This document shows, one piece after another, positions 9,001 to 19,600 of a stretch of DNA of 32,000 bases. Within the stretch, counting starts at the first letter, position 1. Each line of letters starts with the position of its first letter. Where the stretch lies: contig CAZKBG010000002.1 of NCBI GenBank assembly GCA_964551375.1, positions 45,558 to 77,557 on the forward strand. The letters run 5' to 3'. Origin of the DNA: an uncultured archaeon. GTDB lineage: Archaea > Iainarchaeota > Iainarchaeia > Iainarchaeales > JAAZKV01. The notes beneath the pieces are model-generated. The model was given only the letters and a program-made list of their open reading frames with translations, made no database searches and had not been told where the DNA came from. The position numbers were made by a program, and so were the translations under genes.

Positions 9001-12000
9001 ACACAAGCGCTTCCTTTGATGATTGCGACTCAAAATGTGCTTGCATTCAAAGAAGAACTTGAAGCAAAACTTCCAGTAAATCAAAAAAGCCTTGTAATAA
9101 CAGAAGCGCTTACAAACGAATCAGAATTTACAGTTCAAAATATTACAATCCAGACTGAATCAGAAAATGAAAAAGAAAAAACTGTTTCAAAAACAAGCAC
9201 AAGCACTACTGCAACTGACAGTTTCAAAGTAGTTGCTACCACAACCCCTGCATTAAGCAAAGGACAAAAACAGCCAGTGCAGATTACAGTAAGCTACCTT
9301 GGAGATTTAACAGAAAGCGCTGATGAAACAACCACAATTTCAATTTCAGGACTTGTTGAAGGAAAATTCCTCACAAAAACAACAGCAAAACTCCACATGA
9401 TGTATAATAAAAAACTTGACCCGACATGCCTTGAAGTAAAACCATCAAACGCGGTTCTAAATCTGCTTGGAAGCCCAGGCTCAACTGATACTACAACACT
9501 TGAAATTACAAATAACTGCGAAACAGCTCTTTACATTGCAAAAAGAATAAGAGAAACAACAACAGGCGCGCTAAGAGGAATGCAGCTTGACGCTGATAAT
9601 ATAGACCTTCAGCCAGGCGAAACAAAGAACCTTACAATTAGCGCGGTAAACCAGATAGCAAGAGGAGCCTCAAGAGAGCAATCCTTCGGATTTGAACTTG
9701 TTTATGACTCAAACGCAATTAAGAAAACAATTCCAGTAACAGTAAAAACAATTAATCCGGTATTTGCGCTTAATTACCCTGCGCAAATAACTCTATACTT
9801 AGCGCAGACAAATGTGAATGAAAAAGCAACTGCTGCACAGCCGATATTTATCTCAAATAGGTCATCCTTCCCAATTGATAATATACAATTAGCGCAAGGA
9901 ACTGATTCACTATCTCAGGCAAATGTAAAACTCACAATCGAACCAACTGCAACTGTAAGCCTCCTTCCTGGACAGGCAATATCCCCTCCAAAAATATTAT
10001 TCGCTTCAGCAAGCTCAAGAATAACCGAGCCGGTAAAAGCAAGAATTGACATAAGCGGAACAATGGGAAACCTTGAAAACAGGTCATGGCAGAACGACAA
10101 TTACGGCTATTCAAATAATTACACAAATTCTTCAAGATCAATAAATACTTACTCGCAGGCAAACTCAAGAAATTACTATAATAATTACTACGGAAGCACA
10201 GGGCAAATGCTTGGCTCAATAGATGTAACAGTATTCTATTCAGGATACAACTGCTTAACAGGACACGTTACTGAATCATTCTTCTTCCCAAGCGAAGGCG
10301 GGGAAATAGGAAAATTAATTAAAATAGTAAACGGATGCGCTGAACCAGTTACAGTAGTGGGAGTGTCGCAGGCATCTCAGGCAAAAAGCCAGACAATCTT
10401 TGGAATGCCAGCAGTAATGACTTCAATTATGATGGGAGTGCCAAGAGTAAGCGTAGCTCCAGGACAAATGATACAAGTTCCAATGACAATTAGAACAGCA
10501 ATACCAAATATAAAAAGACAAAATTACCAAGTAGTGCTTGAAGCAATTTCAGAAGTAAGCCAAACTCCAATTACTTCAAAACCATTCCCAGTAAATATTT
10601 CATCAGGAAACAGCACAAGAGAAGAGCATGTTAAAGGCGCTCCTGTAAAAGTAAAAGTATGCGGCTCGCAGACAGAAACAGAAGTAGTAATGCCAAAAAT
10701 AGTTGAAAACGCAAACTGCGCAGAAGGATACTGCGATGCAAAAAACGCTGTGAAATACATTGCCGCAAAAGTTGAAAAAGTAATACAAAACGCAAGATCC
10801 CAAGGATACTCATACAAAAACACAATTGAAAATGAAGTAATACCGTGCCAAGTAACAGGAATATGCACATTCGAAGAACTGAATATGGTTCCTGAAGAAT
10901 TTGACTTATACTTACAGAACGACAGAATCACTCCAGAACTGCTTGAAGCTGAATTAAACAAAGTTCAATACGAAGGCGCAAACAATACTCCATACAGAGA
11001 AACTGTTGGAACAACAAACGGATTAGTAGTAGAGCCAAAGTATGTTGAATTATCAGTAATCAGAGGGTTCATACTAACAGGATATTATAGAAGAATATTC
11101 CTTGACCCAGCATTTACTGGATGCGGATATTATAGAATTGCAATAAACGGAGCATTCCCAGCAGGACCTCAAGGGCTTGACTCAATGTCCCCAGTACTTT
11201 CAATAAATGCAGTTCCTCAAAATTCAAGAAGCTCCCTATTAACAAACGAGTGCGTTTCATCAATACAAAATATTGAAAACTTCAATCCAATAGACACAGG
11301 ACTTGAGCCTGGAAGAGAATTCGGCACATGGATGACAACAATAACCACTGATTCACAGCTAAAAGACCTCGCAACACAAATATCAAAATCAAGATACAAA
11401 TCAGAAAAGAGAGTGGCATCGGGAATCGGAAACAAAGTTGAATTAAAAGTTGGAGCATTAACTGGCATACTTGCGCAGGCATGCATAAGCGGAAATGACA
11501 GAAGAACAATTTCAGTTACAATTGCGGACACAATGCTAAGAACAAATGACGCTGCGACAAAAACTGCGTTTAACACAGCAGTTGTAAAAATGATTTCAGA
11601 CGCATTGAACGGCTCATTTGGGGACAACTGCCTTGTGAGAAGCGGAGATTCATACTCATGCGTTAACTTAACTGACTTGCCAAGCTCAATAGGCAAAAGA
11701 CAGCTTGCTCTCCTTAACACTTCTATTAACTTTATTTCCCAAAACGGGGGGTGCACAACTGGAACAGTGTACTCAAATGTTCCTGAATCGCTCAACTTTG
11801 AAGTGACTCCAAATTCAGTTAAAAAGGAATTTATTGGAATAAGAAGAATTTCAATAAGCGCTGATGATGCTTTAAACGGTCCGATTGCCACAATTTCAAA
11901 AACACCAACTGGAAATACTACAGTTGGAACAACTACAAATGCTTCCTCAACTTCATCAGCACAGCCTGCTGTTTCAACTCAACCACCTACTCCAACTCAG

Positions 12001-14883
12001 CCTTCTGCTCCGACTCCACCAGCAGGAGGAAATACATCTGGAAGAACTCCTCCGACTCAGCCGCCCGCTCCGACTCCGCCAACTGCATCTAATGCAAATT
12101 TAAATTCACAACTGCCAGCTTACTCTTCAAAAGCAATTGAAACAGGCGAAATGTACTCCAAAACATTCTTTGGAGCGACTCAAAACCAGTCTTTAGATAA
12201 GCCGATGGTGCTAAAGGAAAATCCGGCTTCTTCGGATTATAGATATTATAGAAACATAAAAATCTGCGCAGAACCTGGCGACTCACAATTCAGCGGAGTA
12301 GACCCACAGCTTGCATACATACAAGCAAATGGAGTGCAGTTTGATGTTGAAGTTCTAAATAGAGAAGCAAAAGAAAATAAAGGAACCTCAAAACAGACTA
12401 TCACAATTTCAACAGGAACAATGCACCCTGATGATTTAATTACCGCAATCGCAGACATTACAAGCAGACGCATTGAGCCAGGAAAGCCTTATTACTTAAC
12501 AGCAATGTGGGAAGGAGGACCTGACGCATTAAACCTTGAAGCTTATAAAAATTCATTATTAAAACAGGGAAAACTGAAAGGAACAAGCATTGCTGGAGAC
12601 GAAAAAACAGACGGAACACTTGATGCGCAGACAAAAGGAAAAGCTGCTGCATTTAATAAATATCTAATGAATTGCGCAGTATCTTCTGCGATATGCAACG
12701 GACTGCTCGGCCCTGCTAATGCAGTTCTTGGAGTTCTTGGAGACTGTGGAATTCCAGCTACTCTTGTGCTAAGAGAAGATATGTACGCCGCTTACCCTTC
12801 ATCAAGAAGCGTGGGAGAATTAATTTCAGGCGCTGTTGGAACAATAATCGGCGCATTAAATACTGTATTTGAAACAGTTGGACTTGGAAAAGACTTGATT
12901 CCAAAAAATCTTTTCGGAGATGAAGGGCTTGGAAGGCTTGCTCCTCAAAGCTGGTCTGAAGCAAATGTAAAAACAAAAGCAATAGTTGAAGGAACTATAG
13001 GCGGACTTGGAGCAGAAGCTCTTAGAGCGGCTCCGCTTGGATTGTCAAGATTTGGAGGCGCATTAAATAAACAGAGCATAAGCGCTTACTCAACAGAAAT
13101 AGGGACGCTTTACGAAAAGCAGATGCAGACTTTGCTTGAGTCTTCAATAAATCCTGCATTAACTACTGCTGAAAAAGAGGCAATGAAAAGAACTGCCGGA
13201 CAAATTGCAAAAGAATATGGACAGACTGTTTCAGAAAGCTTTTCTAAGAACCTGCTTGACCAATACGACGCAGCATGGAAAAGAAAAGGATTCCCGTTGA
13301 ATTTTGAGAGCAACCTTTATGCTACTGCAGTTCCGGATACTGAAAAAGCAGTTGGGGAAGCGCTTTCAAAATCAAAAATAAGCACAGGAGAATTCCTTGC
13401 TAAAAAATCATCAACAGGAGTGACAAACATTGAGAGATTATTCAACGGAACATCAGTGGCTGATATAAAATCAAAAGGACTAATTGCGCCTGCAAGCGAC
13501 CTTGAAACAATTTTTAACAGACAATTCAGCCTTGATGCAGGAACATTCAATTCGAAAATAATGGAAAAATTCAAAAGCTACGGGTATACTGAAGGCTCAT
13601 ATGTTACAAAGAATCTCACTTCAGACGATTTGAGACCGATTGTTGAAGATTTAATTAAAGAAGACTTAAAAGTTACTGACGGAGTTGCGCGAAAGAAAAT
13701 TGTTGATGATATTCTTAGAAAAATGGCTACAGGTTCAACAACATCTACGGGGGCATACACTCCAAAGAATTATGCTGCTGCAACAGAAACAATTTCAAAA
13801 GGAACTAAATTTTATTCAGGAGGGGCATCTCCTCAAACAATACTATCTGATGTAAGGTCTGCTGCTGATGATGTGCTTAACGATTATTTGATAAAGAGCG
13901 GAAAAATGGCTGATTTTGCAAAAACTGCAGGCGCAGAGCTTGACAAAACAATAGCCGGCGCATTGTCTGATGATGTTTCAAAAGTTGGCAAAGCTTCAAA
14001 GTGGAAAGCCGCAGCACAAGGGGTTTTTACAAAGCGCTTTGCGGGGATGGCTGCAACAGGAATTTTATGCGGAGTAGCATCAAACGCAATTGGAATGAAT
14101 GCTTATGACTCACAGCTTCAGACAACAATAAAAGAAGAAGGAAAAAGAATTGTTGAACTTCCAAATATAATACTTGAAAAAGGACAGACTTACCTGCTAA
14201 AGAAAAGCGACAAAGAAGTAAACGGCAAGAATCCTTACTCAATGACAAAAATTGCAAACCAGTCAGATTTGACTACCCCAGTTCTTGGAAAACAGCCAGA
14301 AAGAATTTCAAGCCAGCCTGACAACAAAGACAAGCTTCCTGAACAGAGACCGCTTACTGCTTACCCAATAGTAACAAACAGAACCGTTGCAATCAAACTT
14401 GCGACAAGCAAAGAAGGCTCGGTATTTATGAAAACAAATGTTGGAAGAGATACTGCAAAAATACAGGAATCTGATCCGTTCATTAGATTCTCAAATCCAG
14501 AATTCATCGCGCTGGTATTCAAATACACAGGCATGATTGGATTTGACTGCAAGCAAAAACCTGCTGCTTCTGCAAATGACACTGTGGCTATGGGAGCAGA
14601 GCCGCTTGCTATTGCAATAGGAACAACAAAAGCAGCATTGAGAGAATATACTTCTGAAGGTGTGAGCAGGGAATATAATGGAGAAAGCACATGGCTCAAA
14701 GAGAAACTCCGAATTGCGCTTGAAGCGAGAAAAAGCACAGCTGATAAAATTGACTTGAGCGTGGCAAAGAAAGTATTCCCAAAAGCAAATCAGGAAGATT
14801 TGCAGATATTCGTTGACGATGTTGCATTCTGGGAAAAAGCATTTACTCAATCTTCTCAAGAGTCGGCTAACTACTGCCCATAA
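6007..14883 (+). CDS. Giant surface protein A (2958 aa): N-terminal membrane anchor, repeated beta-sandwich/CarboxypepD_reg/Ig-like ectodomain, Thr/Pro linker, largely helical C-terminal region
   Basis: Continuous ORF. In-frame TAA at 6001-6003 makes TTG 6007 the first usable start, after GGGGAT. Juxtamembrane YTKLEDKYFDVLDALDKKGIPVYAYSDFFENKGIPSF then a hydrophobic helix. Repeats such as VTVYDKRNSTVLFSSYTTDGTVVAKLLSGVPLRIVVEKQGY. Confidence 0.93.
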   Translation: MISEKLAGFYTKLEDKYFDVLDALDKKGIPVYAYSDFFENKGIPSFVVTIAIIVAIIAIVTLALTYQGADVGELTLSLKDSDGQSLNDVSLVIKDAKGEVLFEGSASDGETIKLNRALFNGEEISITAEVEGYQPKTIAFTVGEENNVPKLSFDPYFEGIEAAVRVIDSEGSTPVYDATVLANSRANLSYQFVSDQNGIYKKSGVPAGVDLLLKITAEGYDNYEQTVSFRAGEVREVMLTPSNNGLAAEVNIAIDVSGPDGKSIDQAKVTVYDKRNSTVLFSSYTTDGTVVAKLLSGVPLRIVVEKQGYLTYDSDVDGGGVTVRTDGLRFPVKLRLGGQKLHVTVLDSQSAFGVEGATVQLFRETGELISSQVSKVSGAEFSGIDSNLTIYVTAYRDGYLPTREKVRVSITEEVKILLNKVTSNNSTRLDIYTLDKLGKTVNGVKILIIDINGSEKVPYGIPEIETSVAGYVNATVAIGKTYSVKGYTDVLDGAIDVEVKQGEIEKKVYLKMLKKSNVLEMKFIDVFGKNVKGKSTISGLDGTILFDGPILEGSIFFDAQQKDVVEVMVTKDDGNVFTENVTVKGKDYVEVMVYSKDSAALSPTIEFIGIEDESGNVADGIIPGAFFWAKFNVTFPRSATKGGVHFRVGQDDVEFVESEKFALYDLSMQNATVDYSLSYTPLPAPGNEIVDRANKGTQGSKNKWIEGVVSQPQGTYTAKIKVRAEDFLAGKAELKFRAWAIVGSDYYRMPQDADLLSKGYSDKKAALYALTSTQSVTIYESLPECADNLCMAVNFVDEDEQFLNEKGFEAWKGKQYAIEIELSAKEQEYAQVTVTTDANIDFSSSQTTNFGFVKRGEQIGQVKKTAAAAVTIAKGGKQKVRFYFTANKVGAASINVSAIGKSTVVKDVLFNVVEEKSLLIELSENQVMAGRNFTVRVTDSGLKGVENALVKIIDSEGKTAKSILGDGTDGKGKNGYYRIQNNLGVGLYTVEVSLTGYATQALPLMIATQNVLAFKEELEAKLPVNQKSLVITEALTNESEFTVQNITIQTESENEKEKTVSKTSTSTTATDSFKVVATTTPALSKGQKQPVQITVSYLGDLTESADETTTISISGLVEGKFLTKTTAKLHMMYNKKLDPTCLEVKPSNAVLNLLGSPGSTDTTTLEITNNCETALYIAKRIRETTTGALRGMQLDADNIDLQPGETKNLTISAVNQIARGASREQSFGFELVYDSNAIKKTIPVTVKTINPVFALNYPAQITLYLAQTNVNEKATAAQPIFISNRSSFPIDNIQLAQGTDSLSQANVKLTIEPTATVSLLPGQAISPPKILFASASSRITEPVKARIDISGTMGNLENRSWQNDNYGYSNNYTNSSRSINTYSQANSRNYYNNYYGSTGQMLGSIDVTVFYSGYNCLTGHVTESFFFPSEGGEIGKLIKIVNGCAEPVTVVGVSQASQAKSQTIFGMPAVMTSIMMGVPRVSVAPGQMIQVPMTIRTAIPNIKRQNYQVVLEAISEVSQTPITSKPFPVNISSGNSTREEHVKGAPVKVKVCGSQTETEVVMPKIVENANCAEGYCDAKNAVKYIAAKVEKVIQNARSQGYSYKNTIENEVIPCQVTGICTFEELNMVPEEFDLYLQNDRITPELLEAELNKVQYEGANNTPYRETVGTTNGLVVEPKYVELSVIRGFILTGYYRRIFLDPAFTGCGYYRIAINGAFPAGPQGLDSMSPVLSINAVPQNSRSSLLTNECVSSIQNIENFNPIDTGLEPGREFGTWMTTITTDSQLKDLATQISKSRYKSEKRVASGIGNKVELKVGALTGILAQACISGNDRRTISVTIADTMLRTNDAATKTAFNTAVVKMISDALNGSFGDNCLVRSGDSYSCVNLTDLPSSIGKRQLALLNTSINFISQNGGCTTGTVYSNVPESLNFEVTPNSVKKEFIGIRRISISADDALNGPIATISKTPTGNTTVGTTTNASSTSSAQPAVSTQPPTPTQPSAPTPPAGGNTSGRTPPTQPPAPTPPTASNANLNSQLPAYSSKAIETGEMYSKTFFGATQNQSLDKPMVLKENPASSDYRYYRNIKICAEPGDSQFSGVDPQLAYIQANGVQFDVEVLNREAKENKGTSKQTITISTGTMHPDDLITAIADITSRRIEPGKPYYLTAMWEGGPDALNLEAYKNSLLKQGKLKGTSIAGDEKTDGTLDAQTKGKAAAFNKYLMNCAVSSAICNGLLGPANAVLGVLGDCGIPATLVLREDMYAAYPSSRSVGELISGAVGTIIGALNTVFETVGLGKDLIPKNLFGDEGLGRLAPQSWSEANVKTKAIVEGTIGGLGAEALRAAPLGLSRFGGALNKQSISAYSTEIGTLYEKQMQTLLESSINPALTTAEKEAMKRTAGQIAKEYGQTVSESFSKNLLDQYDAAWKRKGFPLNFESNLYATAVPDTEKAVGEALSKSKISTGEFLAKKSSTGVTNIERLFNGTSVADIKSKGLIAPASDLETIFNRQFSLDAGTFNSKIMEKFKSYGYTEGSYVTKNLTSDDLRPIVEDLIKEDLKVTDGVARKKIVDDILRKMATGSTTSTGAYTPKNYAAATETISKGTKFYSGGASPQTILSDVRSAADDVLNDYLIKSGKMADFAKTAGAELDKTIAGALSDDVSKVGKASKWKAAAQGVFTKRFAGMAATGILCGVASNAIGMNAYDSQLQTTIKEEGKRIVELPNIILEKGQTYLLKKSDKEVNGKNPYSMTKIANQSDLTTPVLGKQPERISSQPDNKDKLPEQRPLTAYPIVTNRTVAIKLATSKEGSVFMKTNVGRDTAKIQESDPFIRFSNPEFIALVFKYTGMIGFDCKQKPAASANDTVAMGAEPLAIAIGTTKAALREYTSEGVSREYNGESTWLKEKLRIALEARKSTADKIDLSVAKKVFPKANQEDLQIFVDDVAFWEKAFTQSSQESANYCP
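7801..8350 (+). other. Domain pair conserved in giants A/B/C (copy in A)
   Basis: IEFIGIEDESGNVADGIIPGAFFWAKFNVTFP...GVHFRVG... then KWIEGVVSQPQGTYTAKIKVRAEDFLAGKAELKFRAWAI. Confidence 0.7.
10078..10206 (+). other. Asn/Tyr/Ser-rich low-complexity segment in giant A
   Basis: NRSWQNDNYGYSNNYTNSSRSINTYSQANSRNYYNNYYGSTG. Confidence 0.85.
11922..12110 (+). other. Thr/Ser/Pro-rich linker in giant A
   Basis: TTVGTTTNASSTSSAQPAVSTQPPTPTQPSAPTPPAGGNTSGRTPPTQPPAPTPPTASN. Confidence 0.85.
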
Positions 14884-15029
14884 TTTTTAATCATAAACTT
14901 AATTTCTCACACCATTAGTCGCTTAGAAACTCTTTTTAATAACAAAAACCTTCTAAATCAGAAGTCAAGTCTGATGCAGCCGGATTTTTTGGCTGAGAAT
15001 TGATTTGATTGTCAAGTTTAGTTGATTTT

Positions 15030-16496
15030 ATGATATATCCAAAAATTAGCCAGAGAGGATTTAACATGTTCTCCGCAATAGTTGCGGTTCTACTAATCAT
15101 GGCTGGAGTGGTAATAACAAACACGCTAATTTCAACCGAAGAAAAAACAAATCGGCAAGTTTACTCAATGCTGAATAATTATCAATTAACCGATGCCGCC
15201 GCAGTTGCAAGAGCAGATGCGCTTCAGAACTTTAATTATGCATTTAGAGTGCAGATGGAAAATTATCTTACTTACGACAAATATGAAATGGGAGAATATG
15301 CTGATGATGAAACAAGCGGACTTGGATTATTTACTATAACCACTGGAAGCGAAGCTTTCACATTCACTGAAATGAAAGCAGCATTTGAACAATCGGTTCT
15401 GCAAAAATCAGGCCCGGGGGACTTTAATTCAGTGCTTGAATACGTTGCGGGAAACACGGTTAATCAATTTCAGGAAAGAACATACGGAAGATTCAGCGTT
15501 TACTTAAGCGAACGATCCGAAGACAGAGCGGGAGCGCAGGCAAAAGTAAAAGATGTATTATACGCGGCAACTGCTCCTCATATGAATAACTTATTTGATG
15601 TAGTTGAATGCGGAGAGAACGAATGCAAGAATGGCTCATTTTATTTTAACATTCCATTAAACGAAATATCTGACTCGCAGTACGAATCACTGCCAAGAAT
15701 TGTAGTAAAAGACCTTGTTACTCATGAAGAAATAAAAATGCCAATCCTTCCAAGAACAAATATTAGAATTTACATGCCGCTGCGATTTTTCAAAGCAATA
15801 TTTGAAGCAAGAAAATTTGCAATTATAATGAGAGCGCAGCATAATGCACTTCAAAGCTACCGGCTTGGATTCTGCGATCCTGGATGCGCTCCAAGAACAC
15901 ATCCAGTGAATGCCTCAACTGGCTCTTATGGAAAGAACTGCCCCCAGACTGATTCAGGGGATGCTTCAACAGTAGCATTATCAGCAGCTCCGCTTGGAAT
16001 AACTCAATACCAAGCAGGGGGAACAAATGCTGGCTCGCTTGGACTTAAAGCCCACGCTACTGAACTCTTATGTTCCTATGCTGGCGGAATCTTTGACACC
16101 ACTGACACCACGTTCATGCCTTTTTCTAATTCACTAAAAGCAAAGGACCCCCAAATGGTTGATGTGGCAAACTGCCCCATTCATGCAATTACTGTGGAAC
16201 TTCCTAATGCAAAACCTATGTTTGAAATGACAGGGCTTACAATTTCCTACGCTGATGGGCTTGAAAAATATTTAAGATGCGGATGGATAATGGGAATCAC
16301 TTCACAAGTTGTTTTTAAAGAGACAAATCCGCTTTACATTGTTAGAGGAACATATGATCAGGGAAAAGTTGACTTATTTAAAATACAAATAAAGGATGTG
16401 GCTTTCCCTGCGCAGTGGAGCGCGGACGGAACTTACCCTACTCCGACAGCAAAATGCAAAGCAACAGGAAGCGCATGCGAGACATACACCTCTTAA
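15030..16496 (+). CDS. Large pilin-like / single N-terminal helix protein (about 488 aa; track start TTG 15009, ATG 15030 preferred)
   Basis: MIYPKISQRGFNMFSAIVAVLLIMAGVVITNTLISTEEKTNRQVYSMLNNY: short basic leader, Arg-Gly, then a ~20-residue hydrophobic helix running into an amphipathic segment. Cys-rich soluble C-terminus. Confidence 0.7.
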   Translation: MIYPKISQRGFNMFSAIVAVLLIMAGVVITNTLISTEEKTNRQVYSMLNNYQLTDAAAVARADALQNFNYAFRVQMENYLTYDKYEMGEYADDETSGLGLFTITTGSEAFTFTEMKAAFEQSVLQKSGPGDFNSVLEYVAGNTVNQFQERTYGRFSVYLSERSEDRAGAQAKVKDVLYAATAPHMNNLFDVVECGENECKNGSFYFNIPLNEISDSQYESLPRIVVKDLVTHEEIKMPILPRTNIRIYMPLRFFKAIFEARKFAIIMRAQHNALQSYRLGFCDPGCAPRTHPVNASTGSYGKNCPQTDSGDASTVALSAAPLGITQYQAGGTNAGSLGLKAHATELLCSYAGGIFDTTDTTFMPFSNSLKAKDPQMVDVANCPIHAITVELPNAKPMFEMTGLTISYADGLEKYLRCGWIMGITSQVVFKETNPLYIVRGTYDQGKVDLFKIQIKDVAFPAQWSADGTYPTPTAKCKATGSACETYTS

Positions 16497-16640
16497 GCGC
16501 AAAATCAGTATTTTTTGAATTAAGAAAATGATTTTTCGCCAATAGATGCGTGTTAATCGCCATCAAGATAAGATTAATAAAGGGAAGAATGATATAATTA
16601 TTATAGTGAATAAGTTTTATTCAACTTATAAGTGATGAAA

Positions 16641-19600
16641 ATGGGTATTGGGGACTCTCTAAGAGACGCTTATTATTCGCTCGAAGACAAATGGTACTCT
16701 TTCATTGACGGAGTTTCTGAAAAAGTTCCCGCTGTGGGCAGTTTTGTTGACGCCCTTGAAGACAAAGGCATACCAAGTTTCCCTGCTTTTATATTATTAA
16801 TAATAATAATAGTGGCTCTATTGGCATTTTTCTTTTTATCATCATCACAAGCAACACTTACAATCAAAATCACTGACGACACAGGAACCGGAGTGGAAGG
16901 AGCAAGCGTAATAGTGCTCCAAGATGACGTTGAAATCGCAAATGTTACCACAAAAGAGAACGGACTTGCGGTATTTTTGCTTCCAAGAGGCGAATACAGC
17001 TTAAAAGTTGACAAAGAAAATTATTCTACTTCTACAAAATCAATAACGCTTGACGGCGACAAGGAAGAAGATTTGACACTAAGCCTTGAAGACACTACAA
17101 TTACAAAAGCTGTTTACTTAAAAACCGCTAACGGCGAACTTGTGAGCGGAAGCGGAACAGTAATTTACAGATGCAGAGGAGACACTGGAGATCAGACAGC
17201 GACTTATGCAAGCGGGAAGTTTGACGCGACAGTAAAAAAATCCTGTGCAGCAGTTGAAGTTATTACAATACAAAATTATAATTTAGTAGAGCCAATCGCA
17301 TCATTCTCTGGAAATTCAGCGGTAACAGTTGAACAAATAGTTGTATTGACTGGGAGAGTTACAGTTTCATTATCAATCGCAGGCTCAACAGATCTGCCTC
17401 CTGCGGGCGTAAGAGTACAGCTTGTTCCAAATGATAACACAACTTCAATAAGCGCAATAACACAAGGGGGCGCAGTAGTTGTATTTGAAGAAGTTCCTGT
17501 AAAAAGTTATTATGTTCTTGTAACAGACCCAAACGGAGCATTCTCTGTTTTTGACGGCTCAAAATTAAACGAGACAAAAAATGTTTTAAAAGGTGAAACA
17601 ACTCAATTCACAGCAGCGCTTGCAAGAGTGCAGGCGACAAAAATTATAGTTAATGTAAAAGACTCAGCAACAGGGCTTCCTGTAAAAGGAGCTGAAATAA
17701 AACTAACTTCCGCAGCAAACACAAATGATGTTTTAACAAAAATAACAGGCGCATTAGGGCAGGGCGAATTTTCAGTAGCGCAAGGCTCAAACTATGTTGT
17801 TACAGTTGACCATCCTGACTATGTTTCAGGAAAAACAATGCCCGCAGCTGCAGGCGAAACAATCAACTTCCAAGTGGAAAAGGTTGACTCATCAAACAGC
17901 AACACTTTAACAGTGCAGGTAGTTGACTCAAAAGACAAACCTGTTGATTATGCAAGAGTGGTACTGAAGAAAATTGAAGCAAACGAGCCAATTGTCGGAG
18001 AAAAAATTACAGGGGCAAGCGGAGAAGCGCAGTTCTTCAACCTTGAAGTAGGAAAATCATACATTGCGTCAATTTCAAAAGAAGGATTTGGAAGCCAGAC
18101 TTCGCCAAGCGTGCAAATAGAGCCAAAATCTGGAAAAACAGTAAAAGTAACATTTGATATTGGATACGGAAAAGTTTTAGTAAAAGTTCTTGACCCTGAA
18201 AAAGCAGTTCTTGCAGGAATCAGCGTAAAAGCATTTAATTCACTAACAACAAAGCAGGAAGGAGAAGCACTATTAACAGGAAGCGACGGAATTGCGGAGT
18301 TCTCTGAAATCAGAGCGGATAAGAAAGTATTCTTTATAATTGAATCAAGCGCTTACGCAAAATATTTCACAGCAACAGTGCAGCCAACTGCAAATGCAGA
18401 GCTTGGAAAAGAAGTAGTGCTAATGAGACCAACTGGAAAACTGCTTGCTGAGCCAGTAATAATATTTAGCGGAACAGAAGAAATGAAAAACGGCGCAGGA
18501 AGCGAAGTTGGAGTAAGCCAGGGAATTTACACTCTAAAAGCAATACTGCAGGTTCCAAAAGGACAATTCAGCGAAGCAGGAATGCATATTAGAACAGGAA
18601 AACAAACTCAAAATTTGACTAACAATTTAGAAGAAGACGGACTTTACATTTCAACAATAGAAGCATCAGGAAGAATAACAAAAGGAACCTCTTACACTCC
18701 GCCAACTGGATATGATATTGACTCAAAGAACACCACACAAGGCAATGCAAAATGGGCAAATATAGTGTGGAAAAACCCTGCTGAAGGAACTTACGAAGTA
18801 GAAGCTGAAGTAAGCGTAACAGAAACAAACCCAAATGTGCCTCTTGAATTATTCTACAGAGGATGGGCTAAAGGAAGCGCAACACTAAGAGACCCTGCAA
18901 GCAACGTAGCAGGAAATGAATTATACTCAATTGCAAAAAGAAAAATACTTTCAGTTGGCTCGGCAAGCATGTGCACAGCAAGCTTCTGCAAAAGTTATAT
19001 TCTAACTCCATTAACAGGCTCTGAAGCAGGAAGAGCAAGAATAGTAAGCGGAACAGTAGAAGCAAAGAAAGGAGTAACTTACTCACTAACAGCAGATTTG
19101 ACTAATTACAGCGGAAAAACAATTTCAGGAGCCGCACTAAGCGTTGAAGGAAAAAGCGTTGATATTAATTCAATTACAATTAATGATGTTCCTCAAACTG
19201 ATTTAGCAAGCTCAATAAATCTTGGAAACATCGGAGCGGATTCGCCAGTAAAAATAGTTGTTACATTCACAACAAAAACAAGCGGAAGTTCAGGAGTAAG
19301 ATTCATAATTAACTCCTCAACAAAGAACGAGTTTGACGAACTGATTGCAATTAATGTTAAAGTAAACAAAAAATTCCTGCTTTCAATTGTTCCAAAAATA
19401 ATTATCCCTTACATTAACAACACAATGTTCTTTGAAGCAACTGATGGAAATAACTCACTAAGCGGAGTATTAATCCAAATCAAAAACGGAAAGAACACGC
19501 TTGGAAAAGTTGAAACAAGCGGAGAAGGACTTGCAACTTACGAACTTAGCGAGCCAAAACTTGACGATGAAATAACATTTATCGCAAGCAAAGAAGGATA

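Noticed and set aside
6204-14859. Numerous short minus-strand and alternate-frame ORFs inside giant gene A (e.g. 10524..10961, 11217..11891, 14361..14738)
   Set aside because: Antisense shadows of a 2958-codon coherent ORF. Their translations are compositionally complementary and show no recognisable domains.
15009-15029. TTG start at 15009 for the pilin-like protein
   Set aside because: ATG at 15030 leaves a short basic leader before RG and better fits a prepilin-like N-terminus. The TTG extension adds an unlikely MSSLVDF.
16632-16640. GTG start at 16632 for giant B
   Set aside because: ATG 16641 gives MGIGDSL, which aligns with MGIGESL at the start of giant C.
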